Assembly (NCBI GenBank): GCA_951406725.2
Contig: OX597821.1
Coordinates: forward strand, 64,790,001 to 64,854,000
Direction: 5' to 3'
DNA: 64,000 nucleotides
Source: Octopus vulgaris
Taxonomy: Eukaryota
Below, one piece after another: positions 41,876 to 56,149 of the stretch. Each line of letters begins with the position of its first letter. Position 1 is the stretch's first letter. The notes under the pieces are model-generated. The model worked only from the letters and a program-made list of their open reading frames with translations, did not search any database and was not told the origin of the DNA. A program made the translations under genes and the position numbers.

Positions 41876-42157
41876 CAACAACAACAACAACAACGATCAT
41901 AACAACGATAACAATAATAATAACAACGATACCAATACTATCAACAAGAACATCTTCGCTGTGGCAGCAGTCAAAAGGAGACCACAACCCGCCTTGACCT
42001 CAAAGACAAAGATGAAAAGTTCGTCGAAGCCTGAAAACTCATTAAACACGGGTAAACCTGGGCCACTCTAACTGTCTCGGCAGAAATGATCGAGGCAGTG
42101 GAGAGAAGAACGGTACATTTAAGATGCATCTCAGCAGAGACGAAGAAAGCGGCTTTA

Positions 42158-42735
42158 ATGGCACAAGTATGGAGCTGCCGTCAGTCAAAGCTGCCCGAGA
42201 TGTGCGCAGAGCGATGAAACCATTCTGCATGTACTCGTCCAGTACCCGACAGTTTCTGACGTGTGGGTTTATATCGAACACTTGTATCGCACGAATCCGG
42301 CTATCAACTGAGTCTATTGTTGAAATTCCTCAGCTCCCTTCTTTTGGTCGGGAAAGCCGGGCAGTTTTCACCTGCCTGGTCACTATGGCGAAAACGGTTG
42401 TGTAGTGGACAAGACTGAAAAGGCTGAAGACGGGCACTTTCCACTCTGGCAAATCTCTGATCAATTTTTTCAGGTTCTACGTGAAGAGGCAGATCATAGT
42501 GGAGAGAAGGTTGCTCCCTTCTAGTAAATTTATTGAAAGGTTTACGGGACTGGCGAGCATGGCTCGTGTGAACGGGCCTCCTCTGAACATACACTTCTAA
42601 ATCGCGTAAAAGAGAGGGGAAGCACTTGCCTATATGGTTAGGGAAACCGTAATTTTCTGTGGGGGCTTGCACAATTTTACCTTGGATGTCTCCCCACCAC
42701 CTATTGGGGAATTGTAATTGTTTAATTTATTGTAA
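42158..42735 (+). pseudogene. L1/Tx1-clade ORF2 C-terminus (zf-RVT-like) plus 3' UTR
   Basis: KYGAAVSQSCPRCAQSDETILHVLVQYPTVSDVWVYIEHL.../...CLVTMAKTVV*WTRL...LINFFRFYVKRQIIVER...FIERF: CxxC..ET..H.L..(C)P knuckle of L1/Tx1. Confidence 0.75.
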
Positions 42736-43379
42736 TTGTTGATCAACGAAACATTTCATTTCAGGTTGCTTATATCCTCACAGATGGCAAAAATAAGCAA
42801 TTTTGCAACGAACAGGCGTCGCGTCCAGTTGAGAAAACATCCGCCTATAGAATCTGGAAAACCATCCTTGTGAACCAATGCTTCAAGAAGGATTTTTGAA
42901 TTGCTTTTGTCTGCTTGTTTTTTTGTCTTTTTCTGGCAGTAGCCTGTGCCACCGCGGTAGTAGTAAATATTTAAAAACGATATAAATGACATTTTCGTTA
43001 AAATAAGTACATTTCTCCTAACGTGTCCCCTCTACTCTGTGGGTATTAATTGGTAGGCAGTCTATGGCTCACATCTGTGTAAATGTAAAATGGCGTGTCT
43101 TCTATAGAGTTTATGCTTCACCTGGAGAGAAATATATAATCAGTCAACGTATTAATGGCAAAACTACACGTCCATTTGTGTTGCTTCTTTTGTGCTGAAT
43201 TCATGCGGCTTTAGTTGGTTGGGGATTGTAATTAAATACCTTTTATATTAGATTTTAGCTTTTCATGGTGTTCTATATATGTGTTATATATGTGTTACGT
43301 TCTTGTGATTGATTGAGCAGAATCTGACACAACGAGCACTTCTATTGAACAACACTCAAACAACTCACACATATATCTG

Positions 43380-43850
<471 letters not shown>

Positions 43851-44313
43851 ATTCCTTTACAAAATTATTTTAAGGCTTGGGTATTTTGATCTGTGCATTA
43901 GTTATTTCTGTGCATATTATATTGAATTTCTACAATATGTCATCTTACTTGCTTGCAGTTTTGTTAAAGCAAGTTCACGTACAATATATATGCCGAACAG
44001 CAATGAGGATAGCCATACAGTATTAACAAGGTGCTCTGTTACTAGTTAAATTTGAACGGTTGAACGGTCGAAACTTATTAAGTTCTTATGATAGGAATGA
44101 GAAGGAAAGAAATCAACATGTCAATATAAAAAAGGCTTAATGTAGTAACTGCTAAAGAAGAATATTTCTAAAGGTGGAACAAACCCAAATGAAAAGGGTG
44201 GGAATTTTGTTTCCATGTTTCAAACGTGAGTGAAAGAACAATTCCGAGAAAGAGACAGAAAATGCTGAAATCTTTTGGTCGAAGTGTTTTGTATTTTTAG
44301 TTCGATGCTAATA

Positions 44314-44810
44314 CAGTGTGTTCCAAAAGACACTCATGGGTTTCAGCTTTTAATAAGATTCTTCAATTTTACAAATAAATGAATGGAATTTTGATACATT
44401 ATAAAGGATATAATGGAAATTAATATGCACAAGTTAAATTTTGAAACAAAACTACATCACATATGAAAAATGAAATCGCTTAAATGGCAGTCATTTTCGG
44501 CTTCGCACGCCCATGCTCTTTCCAAAACTTGCACCATAACACCCTCAAGGGTTTCAGACTCCACTTCTCTGATTTCTCTATTGAAGTTCTCCTTCAGTTA
44601 CACCAGGGCCTGCGGTTTGTTGACATAAACCCTCTCTTTCAGGTATCCGCGCAAGAAAAAAATCCAAGCTTGTCAAGTCTGAGGAACGTAAAGGACAGCT
44701 AACATTGTTGTAGCTGGAGATTATTCCCTCTCCAAACCCCAGCCGTAGCAACTGCAATGTTTCTCTTGGGGTATTACCAGTTGCCCCATCTTGCTGGAAC
44801 CATTTAAGCG
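44314..44810 (-). pseudogene. Tc1/mariner-superfamily (DDxD, maT/rosa-like) transposase C-terminal relic with one TIR
   Basis: - strand WFQQDGATGNTPRETLQLLRLGFGEGIISS...PLRSSDLTSLDFFL...YLKERVYVNKP; TA|cagtgtgttcc end at 44312-44324. Confidence 0.8.
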
Positions 44811-44923
44811 ATGTCATTTTTAATATGTGATGTGGTGGTATTACAAACTTTGATTTATGCATATTAATGTTCGTTATGTTCTTTATGTTGTATCAAAATT
44901 TCAGGCATTTATTTGTAAAGTTG

Positions 44924-45052
44924 AGGCAAAAGAAACCGATAGAATAAGTACTAGGCTGACAAAGAATAAGCCCTGGGGTGGACTTGCTCGACTAAAGGCG
45001 GTGCTCCAGTATGGCCGCAGTCAACTGATTGAAACAAGTAAAAGAATAAAAG
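44924..45052 (+). mobile_element. SINE family A, 3' end
   Basis: ggcaaaagaaaccgatagaataagtactaggc...gactaaaggcggtgctccagtatggccgcagtc. Confidence 0.85.
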
Positions 45053-45053
45053 G

Positions 45054-45100
<47 letters not shown>

Positions 45101-45471
45101 CATATGTATATACATATATATTTATATATACTAATATATATACGTGTGTACGCACACAGACACACACCGACACACACATACACAAGCAAACACACATATA
45201 TATCTTGTATGTAAGAATGTGTGTAGTTACCTTCATACTATGTGCCTGTAAACAAAATGTCTGTAAATATATCTTTGGATACCATTGTACGCATGCATAT
45301 CTTCATCAGGGAGGTGCTATTATTTTATGACGCAAGTGTCTTACATATTCCGCATAAGCAACTGAAAATGTCATCTGGAAAAACAATAAAAATATATATG
45401 TGAATATGAATTAGTAAGAATCTTTTTCTGTGTGTGCATGTATGAGTATTGGATATATTACTAGCTTCTAT

Positions 45472-45509
<38 letters not shown>

Positions 45510-45935
45510 TCCTCGTTTAAGTGTATTTGTGCTAATACATGCAGGAAGTATGTGGAAATGTTTGCACATGTATACATTTTTTGTGGGTGGCCGTATTTTA
45601 TGATCAGAAAATTTTACGTATGCAACAACATATATTCTAACATCTGAAGAAAGAATGGCGTGTAAGATGTGTTTATGACATTGTTAAATAGTAAAACTAA
45701 GGATAGTATGTTTGTGAGTGTATGTGAGTGTGTGCATGTGCACATATGGTAGTGTGTATGTGTTAGAGTGGGGAAGATTGCGCAAAAAAGGAATAGGCAG
45801 AGGCATATATATATATAACATAATATAATATAATATATATATATTATATTATATATATATATATTTTGATCTACGTATTATATATATATTATATATATAT
45901 ATATAATATGATATAATATAATATAATATAATATA

Positions 45936-45973
<38 letters not shown>

Positions 45974-46322
45974 TATATATTTGGATGTGGATATACACAC
46001 ATATATATACATAAATTTATAAATATATATACACACTTACATGCATACTTACATATATACATGTGCACGTACATATATACATATATATATATAACGGAAT
46101 AAAGGATGAACAAATAAGGTGCATCGTTGCAGTTTGGCTTCTATGACAAATATGCTGCAGGCTTTCAGTTAAACTAACCAAGCTTTGAAGCTTCACCTGT
46201 ATTGCCAGATGTTTTGTGAAATTACTCTCTTTCAAGGGTGTGTTTGCTTCGTAGTGATTGTTACAAAACCATTTCAGAAACGTACGGTGTTTTGGTTGTT
46301 ATTTTGTATGTGTGTGTGTGTG

Positions 46323-46361
<39 letters not shown>

Positions 46362-46512
46362 GTGCGTGTTAATTACGTAAGAGGACGTGTGATTACAGAT
46401 GTTAACAAACTCGTCGGTATTTGTAAGGAAATCATACGCAAACAAAACCAGTGATTATGGTAGCTCGCACATGGTAATAACAATAATTTGAAAAAATAGT
46501 TTGCTAATATAT

Positions 46513-47013
46513 TCTTTTCTACCCCAGGCACAAGGCCCGAAATTTTTGGGGAAGGGGCCAGTCGATGAGATTGACCCCAGTACTTAATTTATCGACCCCG
46601 AAAGAATGAAAGGCAAAGTCGTCCTCGGCGGAATTTGAACTCAGAACGTAAAGACAGACGAAATGCCTATTTCTTTACAACCCACAAGGGGCTAAACACA
46701 GAGGAGACAAACAAGGGCAGACAGACGGATTAAGTCGATTATATCGACCCCAGTGCGTAACTCAGAACGTAGCGGCAGACGAAATACCTATTTACTACTC
46801 ACAAGGAGTTAAACACAGTGGACAAACAAGGACAGACAAATGGATTAAGTCGATTACATCGACCCCAATGCGTAACTGGTACTTATTTAATCGACCCTGA
46901 AAGGATGAAAGGCAAAGTCGACCTCGGCGGAATTTGAACTCAGAACGTAACGGCAGACACAATGCCGCTAAGCATTTCGCCCGGCGTGCTAACGTTTCTA
47001 CCAGCTCGCCGCC
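46513..47013 (-). mobile_element. Compound SINE family B with internal reiterations
   Basis: Repeated ctcagaacgta..gcagacgaaat and cacaagg.g.taaacacag modules; head gctcgccgcc at ~47005. Confidence 0.9.
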
Positions 47014-47056
47014 CTGTTTTGCTAATATATTGGGAGATGAAAGAAATATGTATATA

Positions 47057-47124
<68 letters not shown>

Positions 47125-47127
<3 letters not shown>

Positions 47128-48443
47128 CCTTTTCCAAAAGTATTAGACCAACCCAATGTTTTGCGGTTCTGCTATCTCAATGTTGATGAAACTCGTACAC
47201 ATGATAGATTATGGTATATTTCCCAATATACACAAGTTTTAATATCTGGTTGACCCTACTTTAGCATCAGTTACCGCTTTTATACTGTACTGTATATATG
47301 CAACCAATTATGAGTAAGACCAACTTCCAAAATGAACTTATGTTTCGTAGATTATTTCAGAATGTCTCGATGTCTAATTGCCCAGAATGTGAAATGTCCT
47401 AGATGTGCGGCGCAAACGACTCTCAAGCGCTTTAGAGAGACAAAACATGTGAAGACAATACAATGAACAGGTAGAAAAAAGGTTACATCACCTCATGATG
47501 ACAGATCCGTCAGTCACTCAGGAGCAGGAGAAAAACATCGTCGGAGCTCTGTGAGGACTTCATCAAGGCAAGTACTTCACAAATATCAACCAGAACTGTT
47601 AGAAGAAGGCTTGCAGAGTTCGGTCTGTAAGGCTATGAAGGCAGGAAGAAGCCATATTCTGAAGCGAATATGGAAAACTTTTTTTCAGTAGGCAAAACAC
47701 CACTGAAATAGGAGCAGTGAGCAACGGTCAAAAGTCATATGGTCTGATGAAAGTAACTATGAGGTAAGATAGTATATGTATTCAATCAACATATAAACTT
47801 AATGTAACTGGTTTGTTGCCCAAAATATATTAAAATGTATCCAACATAAAGCTAATATTATTTTTCATGTTTTTACCCAGGTTTTCGATACATCTGGTGT
47901 AATTTTCGTGCGTCGCAATGTTGGGGAAGTATTCAAGGCTGAATGTCTTGTACCAACTGTAAAACATGGAGGTAGTTCTATTATGGTGTGGGCCTCCGTG
48001 TCTGCCACAGGACATGGAGAAATGTTTTTATGTCAGGGAAGGATGAATTCAGCTACCTATGTTTCTATTTTATCGGATGATTTAGAGCCTTCAATTGCTA
48101 AATTGTATCCAGGTGTGTCAAAACACGGTGTTATATTTCAAAAGGACAACGCTCCATGTCATACAGCAAAGAATACTCGTTAAATGAAACACAGGATATT
48201 GTTCCCATTGACTAGCCAGCTCAAAGCCCCGAACTAAATCCGATCGAACACCTATGGGGAATTCTTGGTGAAGCAATCAGGAACATAATTAAAAATAAAG
48301 AGCATTTGTGCCAAATGTTGAGAGAAGAATGGAGTAAAATTGCACCTACCACCTGCAAGAAACTAGTTGATTTAATGCCTAACCGTATAAAAGCGGTAAT
48401 TGGTGCTAAAGGAGGGTCAACCAGATATAACGTTTCAATATAA
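47125..48443 (+). pseudogene. Tc1-family transposon with decayed DDE transposase containing an intron
   Basis: TA|cagccttttccaaaagtattagacca end; ISTRTVRRRL, VIWSDESNYE | VFDTSG, PTVKHGGSSIMVWA, FQKDNAPCH, PAQSPELNPIEHLWG, LVDLMPNRIKAVIGAKGGSTRY. Confidence 0.92.
47764..47880 (+). other. Phase-0 GT-AG intron in the Tc1 transposase
   Basis: GAG|gtaagatag...gctaat...ttttacccag|GTT; removal restores WSDESNYEVFD; unspliced frame has a TAG stop. Confidence 0.8.
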
Positions 48444-48674
48444 CGTGGATATAAGTGTATGCAGAAATAAATATTAGAAGGGATGTCTTGTCAATAGAGC
48501 ATAGCAATTTAATTGGGACTGTTGACGAGTGCTGAGTAGAGTGAGCGTACATATGAAGCCATGGAAACTTACAATTGCACAAGTAGGTTAGATGTTTGCA
48601 GTGCTAAAGGTGTAAGAAAAACGAACGGGCGATAACCGGTGGTACGAAGGCTGGTGTGAAATGTCAAGACTTGC

Positions 48675-49325
48675 TCGCTGACGGCTGTGTAGAGCAGTCT
48701 GCTGACGGCTGTGCAGCGCTGTTCACTGACGGTCGCAGAATGTTAGCTGACAGTCGTAGAGATCAGTTCGTTGACGGTCACGGAGATTCGTTCACTGACG
48801 GTTGTGCGGTGTTGTATGCTGACGTCGTAGGAGCTGTTCGCTGACAGCCATAGAGGCTTGTTTGCTGACGGTCATGGGAGATCTCTTAGCTGACGTTTGT
48901 GCAGAGCGTTTCGCTGACGGTCGTAGAGATCTGTTCGTTGACGGTCACGGAGATTCGTTCACTGACGGTTGTGCGGTGCTGTTTGCTGACGTCGTAGGAG
49001 CTGTTCGCTGACAGCCATAGAGGCCTGTTTGCTGACAGTCATGGGAGATCTCTTAGCTGACGTTTGTGCAGAGCTTTTCGCTGACGGTCGTAGAGATCTG
49101 TTTGCTGACAGTCATAAAGGTCTGTTAGGTGACGGTTGTGCTGCACTGTTCGTTGACGACGTAGGCTCAATTCACTCACGTTTCTAGAAATCTGTGTTGC
49201 TGAAGGTCATAGAGACCGGTACGCTGACGGTTATGCAACTCTGTTCGCGGATGGTCGTGGCGTGGAGGTCTTCTGCTGACTGTCTGCCAAAAGGCTCGCT
49301 CTGCTCTTCTGATGACTGCTGATTT
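48675..49325. repeat. ~24-bp minisatellite (core GCTGACGG) with 167-bp heptamer higher-order repeat
   Basis: tcgtagagatc at 48754, 48921 and 49088 (period 167 = 24+24+24+22+24+25+24). Confidence 0.9.
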
Positions 49326-51709
49326 TTTAAGTACACAAACAGCACTGATTTGCTGCCGTTGCCAAAGCACAACTATGCTAATCCGCGATAACGAAATATG
49401 GCGCCGTTCACTCACTATATAAGTATGCATATGATGTGCTTCTTCAATTTCCGAATACCAAAGCTACTCACGAGGCTTTGAGAAACTCGGATTAGTCTGA
49501 ACCAAAAGTCATATTATTTGAAGGCTGATCATCAAAGTGTCTATAACTAAATGACGCATAATACATTGTTAAGAATAGCATTTATTGCTTGATAGGCAAG
49601 CAAATATACACGGATATTCCATGAGCTGCACATATACTGCTTTCATTCAATCTTAGTTGCTCGCTTTCTTTCTCAAGCTCTCTTTCGAGCTGAAGCTACT
49701 TCAAAGAAATGTACTATGGTTACGTTTGTGGCTGTTGTCATTAAGATAGCGAACACGAAGAATATCGAGATGGGACGTTTCCTATCTATGTCTGGAGTGT
49801 GTGTATTATCACTGTCACCCATATAAAATCAAAAAATTACACGGGAAATAAACCTAATGGATCTATCTAATATACCTTAAAAACCCACCCTGCACGGTTT
49901 AATGTCCTGCCGCTGTCGATCAAACTTATGGCAATTGGAGTTCTTGTTCAGCTGTGGTATCTTTCATGCACTGAATATAATTTCCATACGATTTTTATTC
50001 TAAAGTGGTATAAATTTTAGTAAGCCTAACATTGTTTTGTAATAACGTATCATAAATCAACGGGTAAAATTCTAGAATGTCATATTCCGTAAATTTGGTG
50101 TTATGCTTATCTTATAACGATTCTACTTGTCATTATGTTACTTGGCCCGTCGGTAAGGCTTTCATATGACTAGATAAAAAAAAGGGAGAACGAAAAAAGG
50201 AAGAGAGAGAAAGAGTGAGAGAAGCGTCCATGACACGAGGTAGAGGGAATGTAATTGTAGCACTTTCAAGTGATAGTTGAAGGAAAGAGAGGAGAAAGGA
50301 AAAGGAGAGAGGGAGAGAGAGAGAGAGAAAAGAAGATAGGGTGAAGAGTGAGACAGAAAGAGGGAGAAAGAGTAAACGGAAGGAAAAACTAGTATCCATG
50401 ACGTGTGGCCAAAAAGTTAGTCGAAAGTAGAAGAGGAGAGTTAAAAATATAATTTTAGCAGAGCGGTGATGTTCTGATGGTGTAGTTAAAGAAATGTAGA
50501 GGAGTGAGAGAAAGGAAGGGGGAGAGAGAAGAGGATAGAGACAGTGGAAGAGAGTGTGCTGAAGAGAGTGAGAAAGGGATAGTGAAAAGTGCTTTTTTTA
50601 AAAAGTTGAACTAAGATTTTATATCACCCATTACTTAAGGCATATGCATCATTGCAATTCCGTGAAATATTCACGGTTATTTACGCGGCAGATATATGCA
50701 ATTTAACTAAAGATTGTACCATATGTACAGGATTTTTTGTTTGTTTATGGAAAAAATGAAAAAAATAAGAGTGAATATTTATTTTCTGAGTGATGTATAT
50801 GAAGTCTATAAAATTGTGCATAAAGTATGTAAGTGCATTAAGTAATCATTGTATTTCAATTTCTTTCACTTTTCAATGAGTAGTAGATCAGCGTCTGTCT
50901 TTCAATACAAACAAAACAAACGCTACGCTTTCAAGGTTCATATGTCTATTGTTTGAAAGGTCTAAAATATTCATCTACTTTAACGTGAAATAATATATGC
51001 CAATTTTAATATCATAATAGATTGTACCATATGTACAGGATTTTTTGTTGCATGCGCTTTTGTCTGTCACATAAACATTTTTTAGCATCATCATAGGAGA
51101 TTAAAGATTTGGGGGATTTTGTGGGTATTTAACGTCTGTTCTGAATTTGTTTTGGAAACCTATGCAAATAATCATTGAATTTAATTTCTTTCACTTTTCA
51201 GCTAGTAGATCAGCTTGTCTTTCAAGTACGAGAGAATGATTAATATGATTAATATTCTTCTTATATCCTAGACGTAAGCGTAGGCAACAGTTGAAACAGT
51301 TATAGATGTGGGTTTTCCACAGCATACATTCAATGTCATTTTCTATTTCCTCCCGTTTTCTTCTTAAAGAGATTTTTGTGATATACGCTATAGCAAAAAC
51401 TATATTCACTTGCAAAATCTGAGACTTTTGGAAGACATAGACACGTAGATAAATTCATTTTCACTAAACTAGAGAGAAAGAATATTCAAGAGGAAGAGAA
51501 ACGAACTCAGTACAAGATGATAATTTCTGTATCGAAGTGAATGGGCTGCAAACCGAAGACAATCTCGGCAAGACTTGAAGTGAGAGGTATAAACCGGAAC
51601 AGTTGCCCTGCAAATTAATGCATTTGACTGCCGAACAATTGTGACAATTGACTACACTAATATGCATACATAGGTACATACATACATACATACATACATA
51701 AATACATAC

Positions 51710-51710
<1 letters not shown>

Positions 51711-51741
<31 letters not shown>

Positions 51742-51767
51742 TTACATGTACATGTATGTAAGTATAA

Positions 51768-51858
<91 letters not shown>

Positions 51859-52537
51859 TGTGTGTGTGCGTGTGTCAGAGAGAGAGAGACAGATAGACAG
51901 ACAGAGTATACATATATCTTTGCTTTTTGTAAGTGTACCTCGCACCGTTCATTGTTTATATAAAAAAAAGACTTCAACTCAGTCTGATTGTACATTGTGG
52001 AAGATATAAAAATTGATGGAGCGTAGAATTCTTAATAGTGGATAAATCGTAAAGTATTTTACTCTGTCTATAATGCCGCAGGTAAAATGAAATATGTGTT
52101 TACGGACTAATTTGGCCTCAGAAATTTAGTTCGGAACCTGACTTGTTTTACATGCCTGCTTCAATCTGTAATCTAATGAGGCGATTCAGAGCTCAGCGGA
52201 TGATCTTGACCAGAAAGATGTATATATCAGATGTCGGCAAATGAATAACTTTAGTTATGTTAACAGCATCATGCAAATTGCTACTCTGCCAGTTAAGTTC
52301 AAAATCTAGTTGAACATGTTTCGAATTTCTTGAAATTTTCAAATAGAGATCAGCTCTAAAAAGGCCCAAATCATAGCAGAGAGTAGGGAATCAAATGAAC
52401 TTCCTTATACGATCCCTATGGTAAAGTTAGTTCAGCTTCACAAGTTTGAGTCCTCGAGCTTTATTACTCACTAGACATTTTATTGGGGTCAGGTAATCAG
52501 AGCATGAGTTGAGGTAAAATCAGCCCTGAAGTCACTG

Positions 52538-52571
<34 letters not shown>

Positions 52572-52597
52572 TTACATGTACATGTATGTAAGTATAA

Positions 52598-52686
<89 letters not shown>

Positions 52687-52949
52687 TGTGTGTGTGCGTG
52701 TGTCAGAGAGAGAGAGACAGATAGACAGACAGAGTATACATATATCTTTGCTTTTTGTAAGTGTACCTCGCACCGTTCATTGTTTATATAAAAAAAAGAC
52801 TTCAACTCAGTCTGATTGTACATTGTGGAAGATATAAAAATTGATGGAGCGTAGAATTCTTAATAGTGGATAAATCGTAAAGTATTTTACTCTGTCTATA
52901 ATGCCGCAGGTAAAATGAAATATGTGTTTACGGACTAATTTGGCCTCAG
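51711..52949. repeat. Near-identical ~410-bp direct duplication (51711-52121 and 52539-52949; offset 828)
   Basis: Unique segment cagagtatacatatatctttgc...cggactaatttggcctcag present twice. Confidence 0.92.
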
Positions 52950-53614
52950 GGGTTTAAGCCGTTCTCAGTGCTCAACGGGTAGTTATTTTACATCGATCTC
53001 AATACTGTAATCTAATGAGGCGATTCGAGCTCAGAATCTTGACCAGGAAAGATGCATAAGATCGTCTTGGGTGACAGTTGAACTTTAGTTATGTTAAAGA
53101 CAGACGAAATACCTGCTAAACATTTTACTCTGGCATTAAGTTCACAGATATCATAAACATGTATTATATTCCGTAAACATTTTCAAATAGAGATCATCTG
53201 AATAAAGGCCCAAATCATAGCAGAGAGTAGGGAATCGTCTTCGAACTTCCTTTTACATGTATACCCACTGAATTATACTTCAAAAGTACTCTGATCAACA
53301 CGAACAGCTAACTTATTACTCCAAATCCGACATTTTATTGGGTATGATGAGACCAGCCCCCGAAGAGTTGAGGTAAAATCAGCCCTGAAGTCACTGAATA
53401 CGGAAGGATTGCAGTTTCGAGAAAAGTATCATATTGAATCTTTGAAAACGATTTTCTTAGCCTGTAAATTTGTATAACAGTGAATAAGGCAGCATATGGG
53501 TGGCTGCCACGAAGTAACTAATAGGTTCCTACATGACCTACTACGAGTGGTCCGTAGAAGGTAAGATTCATCTATAGAGGAGATGAGAAGGAAGAAAGGT
53601 TGAGGAAAAGGTCA

Positions 53615-53780
53615 ACCTGTAAAAACTGCAATATGCTGGCCACATTTTCAGAGCACAGATCGTCTGCAACTACATCCTCGGGAGGTAGTAGAAAGCAAAC
53701 TAGTTGGTAAGGTAACAGACGATATATTAATGAAATCAAGGACCGGACAAGAACAACTTTGCTGGAGTGTACAACAAGAG
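53615..53780 (+). pseudogene. RTE-like LINE ORF2 C-terminal relic
   Basis: KLQYAGHIFRA...VESK...INEIKDRT resembles the RKLQYFGHI.R...VEGKR..GR...ID.IKDWT end of RTE ORF2. Confidence 0.45.
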
Positions 53781-54976
53781 GGTGTATGTGTATGCGTTTG
53801 TATGTGTAATTGCTTAAGTGCGCGTCTACACACATACACATATATTCGTTTTAATTTTTGGTCCAACCTCAGGGGTTTAAGCCGTTCTCAGTGCTCAACG
53901 GGTAGTTATTTTACATCGATCTCAATACTTGATTGCTACTTATTTTAATCGACCCCAGAAACAGGAAAGGCAAAGTCGTCTTGGGTGACAGTTGAACTCA
54001 GAACGTAAAGACAGACGAAATACCTCTAAACATTTTACCTGGCATAACACAGATATCATAAACATGTATTATATTCCGTAAACATGCTTTCAGAATTATT
54101 GAATACATAGAACATACACACTTCGTCTTCGTTTTCCTTTTTCCACATGTATACCCACTGAATTATACTTCAAAATACTCTATACAACACCAACAGCCAC
54201 TAAAATCTCAATACATGAGTGCGGAGAGAAGGAAACTCTTTGTTGTTGAGAAATGAAATACAAAAGGAAAACATGAAAAAAAAACCTAAACACAGGTGAT
54301 CACACGTTGCATTTATGCTACAGATTAACTGAAAAATTCTACAAAGGCCTCTGTGCTGAGTATAAGTGACGAATGTGTGCGTACATGCATGTGTGATTAA
54401 GTGTGTTTCTGTGTTTGTATGTGTATGTATGTGTGCGCACGTATTTTGTTGTCACTAAGTAAAACGTGGCATCAACTGAGAAAGTGAATGAAAGAGTCAA
54501 GAGGGAATACGATTAAATTGTATTGAAGAGTTTTATGGAATTTAGGATGTTGGATATGAGAGCGATTGGGCAGTAATTGGTATGCTAGCATATGTCGATC
54601 TTGGCAATGGAATAACATACCATAATGTATTTCTAGAAATTTAGGCCTATATTACATGCTCTAATGCTCCAAAGCCATTATTTATCTTCAACATTCGCTG
54701 CTGAAATGGGGGTCCTTTCCATATGTCTGTCCGTCCTTTACGGCATCTAATACGCTAACTTATAGAAATATGTATGCCAGTCTCTTTTTCCCCTCCCTGT
54801 CTCTGTCTGTCTGTCTGTCTGTCTGTCTCTGCTCTCTCTCTCTCTTAGTCGATATAAATACACATCTTATTCTTTATATATGCCTAGTACTATATGTGTG
54901 TGTGTGTAAGTTTGAACTGCATATATATGTATATATTTATGTATCACTTAGCACGTACGTGTTGTATACGTAATGT

Positions 54977-55007
<31 letters not shown>

Positions 55008-55769
55008 CATATACATACACACATATATATATTCATATATACGACATATATATATATATTCTGTACATACATACACTACATACATACATACATACATACA
55101 TACATACTCAAGGTACATACATACATATACCGATACAGGTATTGGCAGAGATAAAGCTGAAAGAGCCACTAAAATCTGGAATACAAAAGACAGACGGAGA
55201 AACTCTTTGTTGTAGATACAAACATACATATATATATAAAATGTAGGTATTCATATATAAATACGCATTTCGCACATACACATGTCTATACACATAGGTA
55301 AATAACCATGACAATATATATATACATACATACATACATAAGAGTACATACATACATACATACATACATACATCTACATACATACATCAAGATACAATAC
55401 ACAATATATATATATATGCATTATGTGGAGAACATATATATATAAAGTATATGTATATATATATATATGTACAACCGTTAAATTGTATTGAATGTGTATT
55501 TGTGTGAATGTGGATGTGGCTGAGTATGGATGCATGCGTGTGAGTACATATATTGTTGTATATGTATTATATGAGTGTATTAGGTATATGGTTATATATA
55601 TATACCATAATGTATTTCTAGAAATTGTGATCTGTGAGAAGAATTGAAAAATTTGTGAAACTCGATCCAAAGCCTTGTTGCTGTTATCAATATATTGTGT
55701 GCGTTCCAAATAATTTATCATCCATGTTAGCAAATGTATGCATGTGTGTTTCTATGTATGTATGACAAT

Positions 55770-56000
55770 ATGTATGCCAGTCTCTGCTTCCCCATCCCTG
55801 TCTCTGTCTGTCTGTCTGTCTGTCTGTCTCTGTCTCTCTCTCTCTATATATGTAAGCGTGACAGAAGGTGTGGAGGAGGAAGTGGAAAAAATCAAACTAC
55901 AGTTTCTATTCTGGTTCAACAGTTTCTCTAATGGAACATTTACTGACTTACTGAATCCATTATGTGTTTCATTGGTCCTCACGTGTATGTATACGTATGT

Positions 56001-56031
<31 letters not shown>

Positions 56032-56117
56032 CATACACACACACACTTATATATGTATATATATATACACATATATATATATATATACATACATACATAC
56101 ATACATACATACATACA

Positions 56118-56149
<32 letters not shown>

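Noticed and set aside
42765-42899. Candidate terminal exon VAYILTDGKNK... after catttcag (VWA-like LTDG)
   Set aside because: Only a four-residue similarity, no partner exons in the window
48675-49325. CRISPR-like appearance of the core-plus-variable array
   Set aside because: Core is only ~8 bp, the variable parts are mutually related and periodic, there are no cas genes, and the context is eukaryotic
49395-49415. tggcgccgtt as an LTR primer-binding site
   Set aside because: No adjacent LTR (TG...CA) or gag/pol sequence
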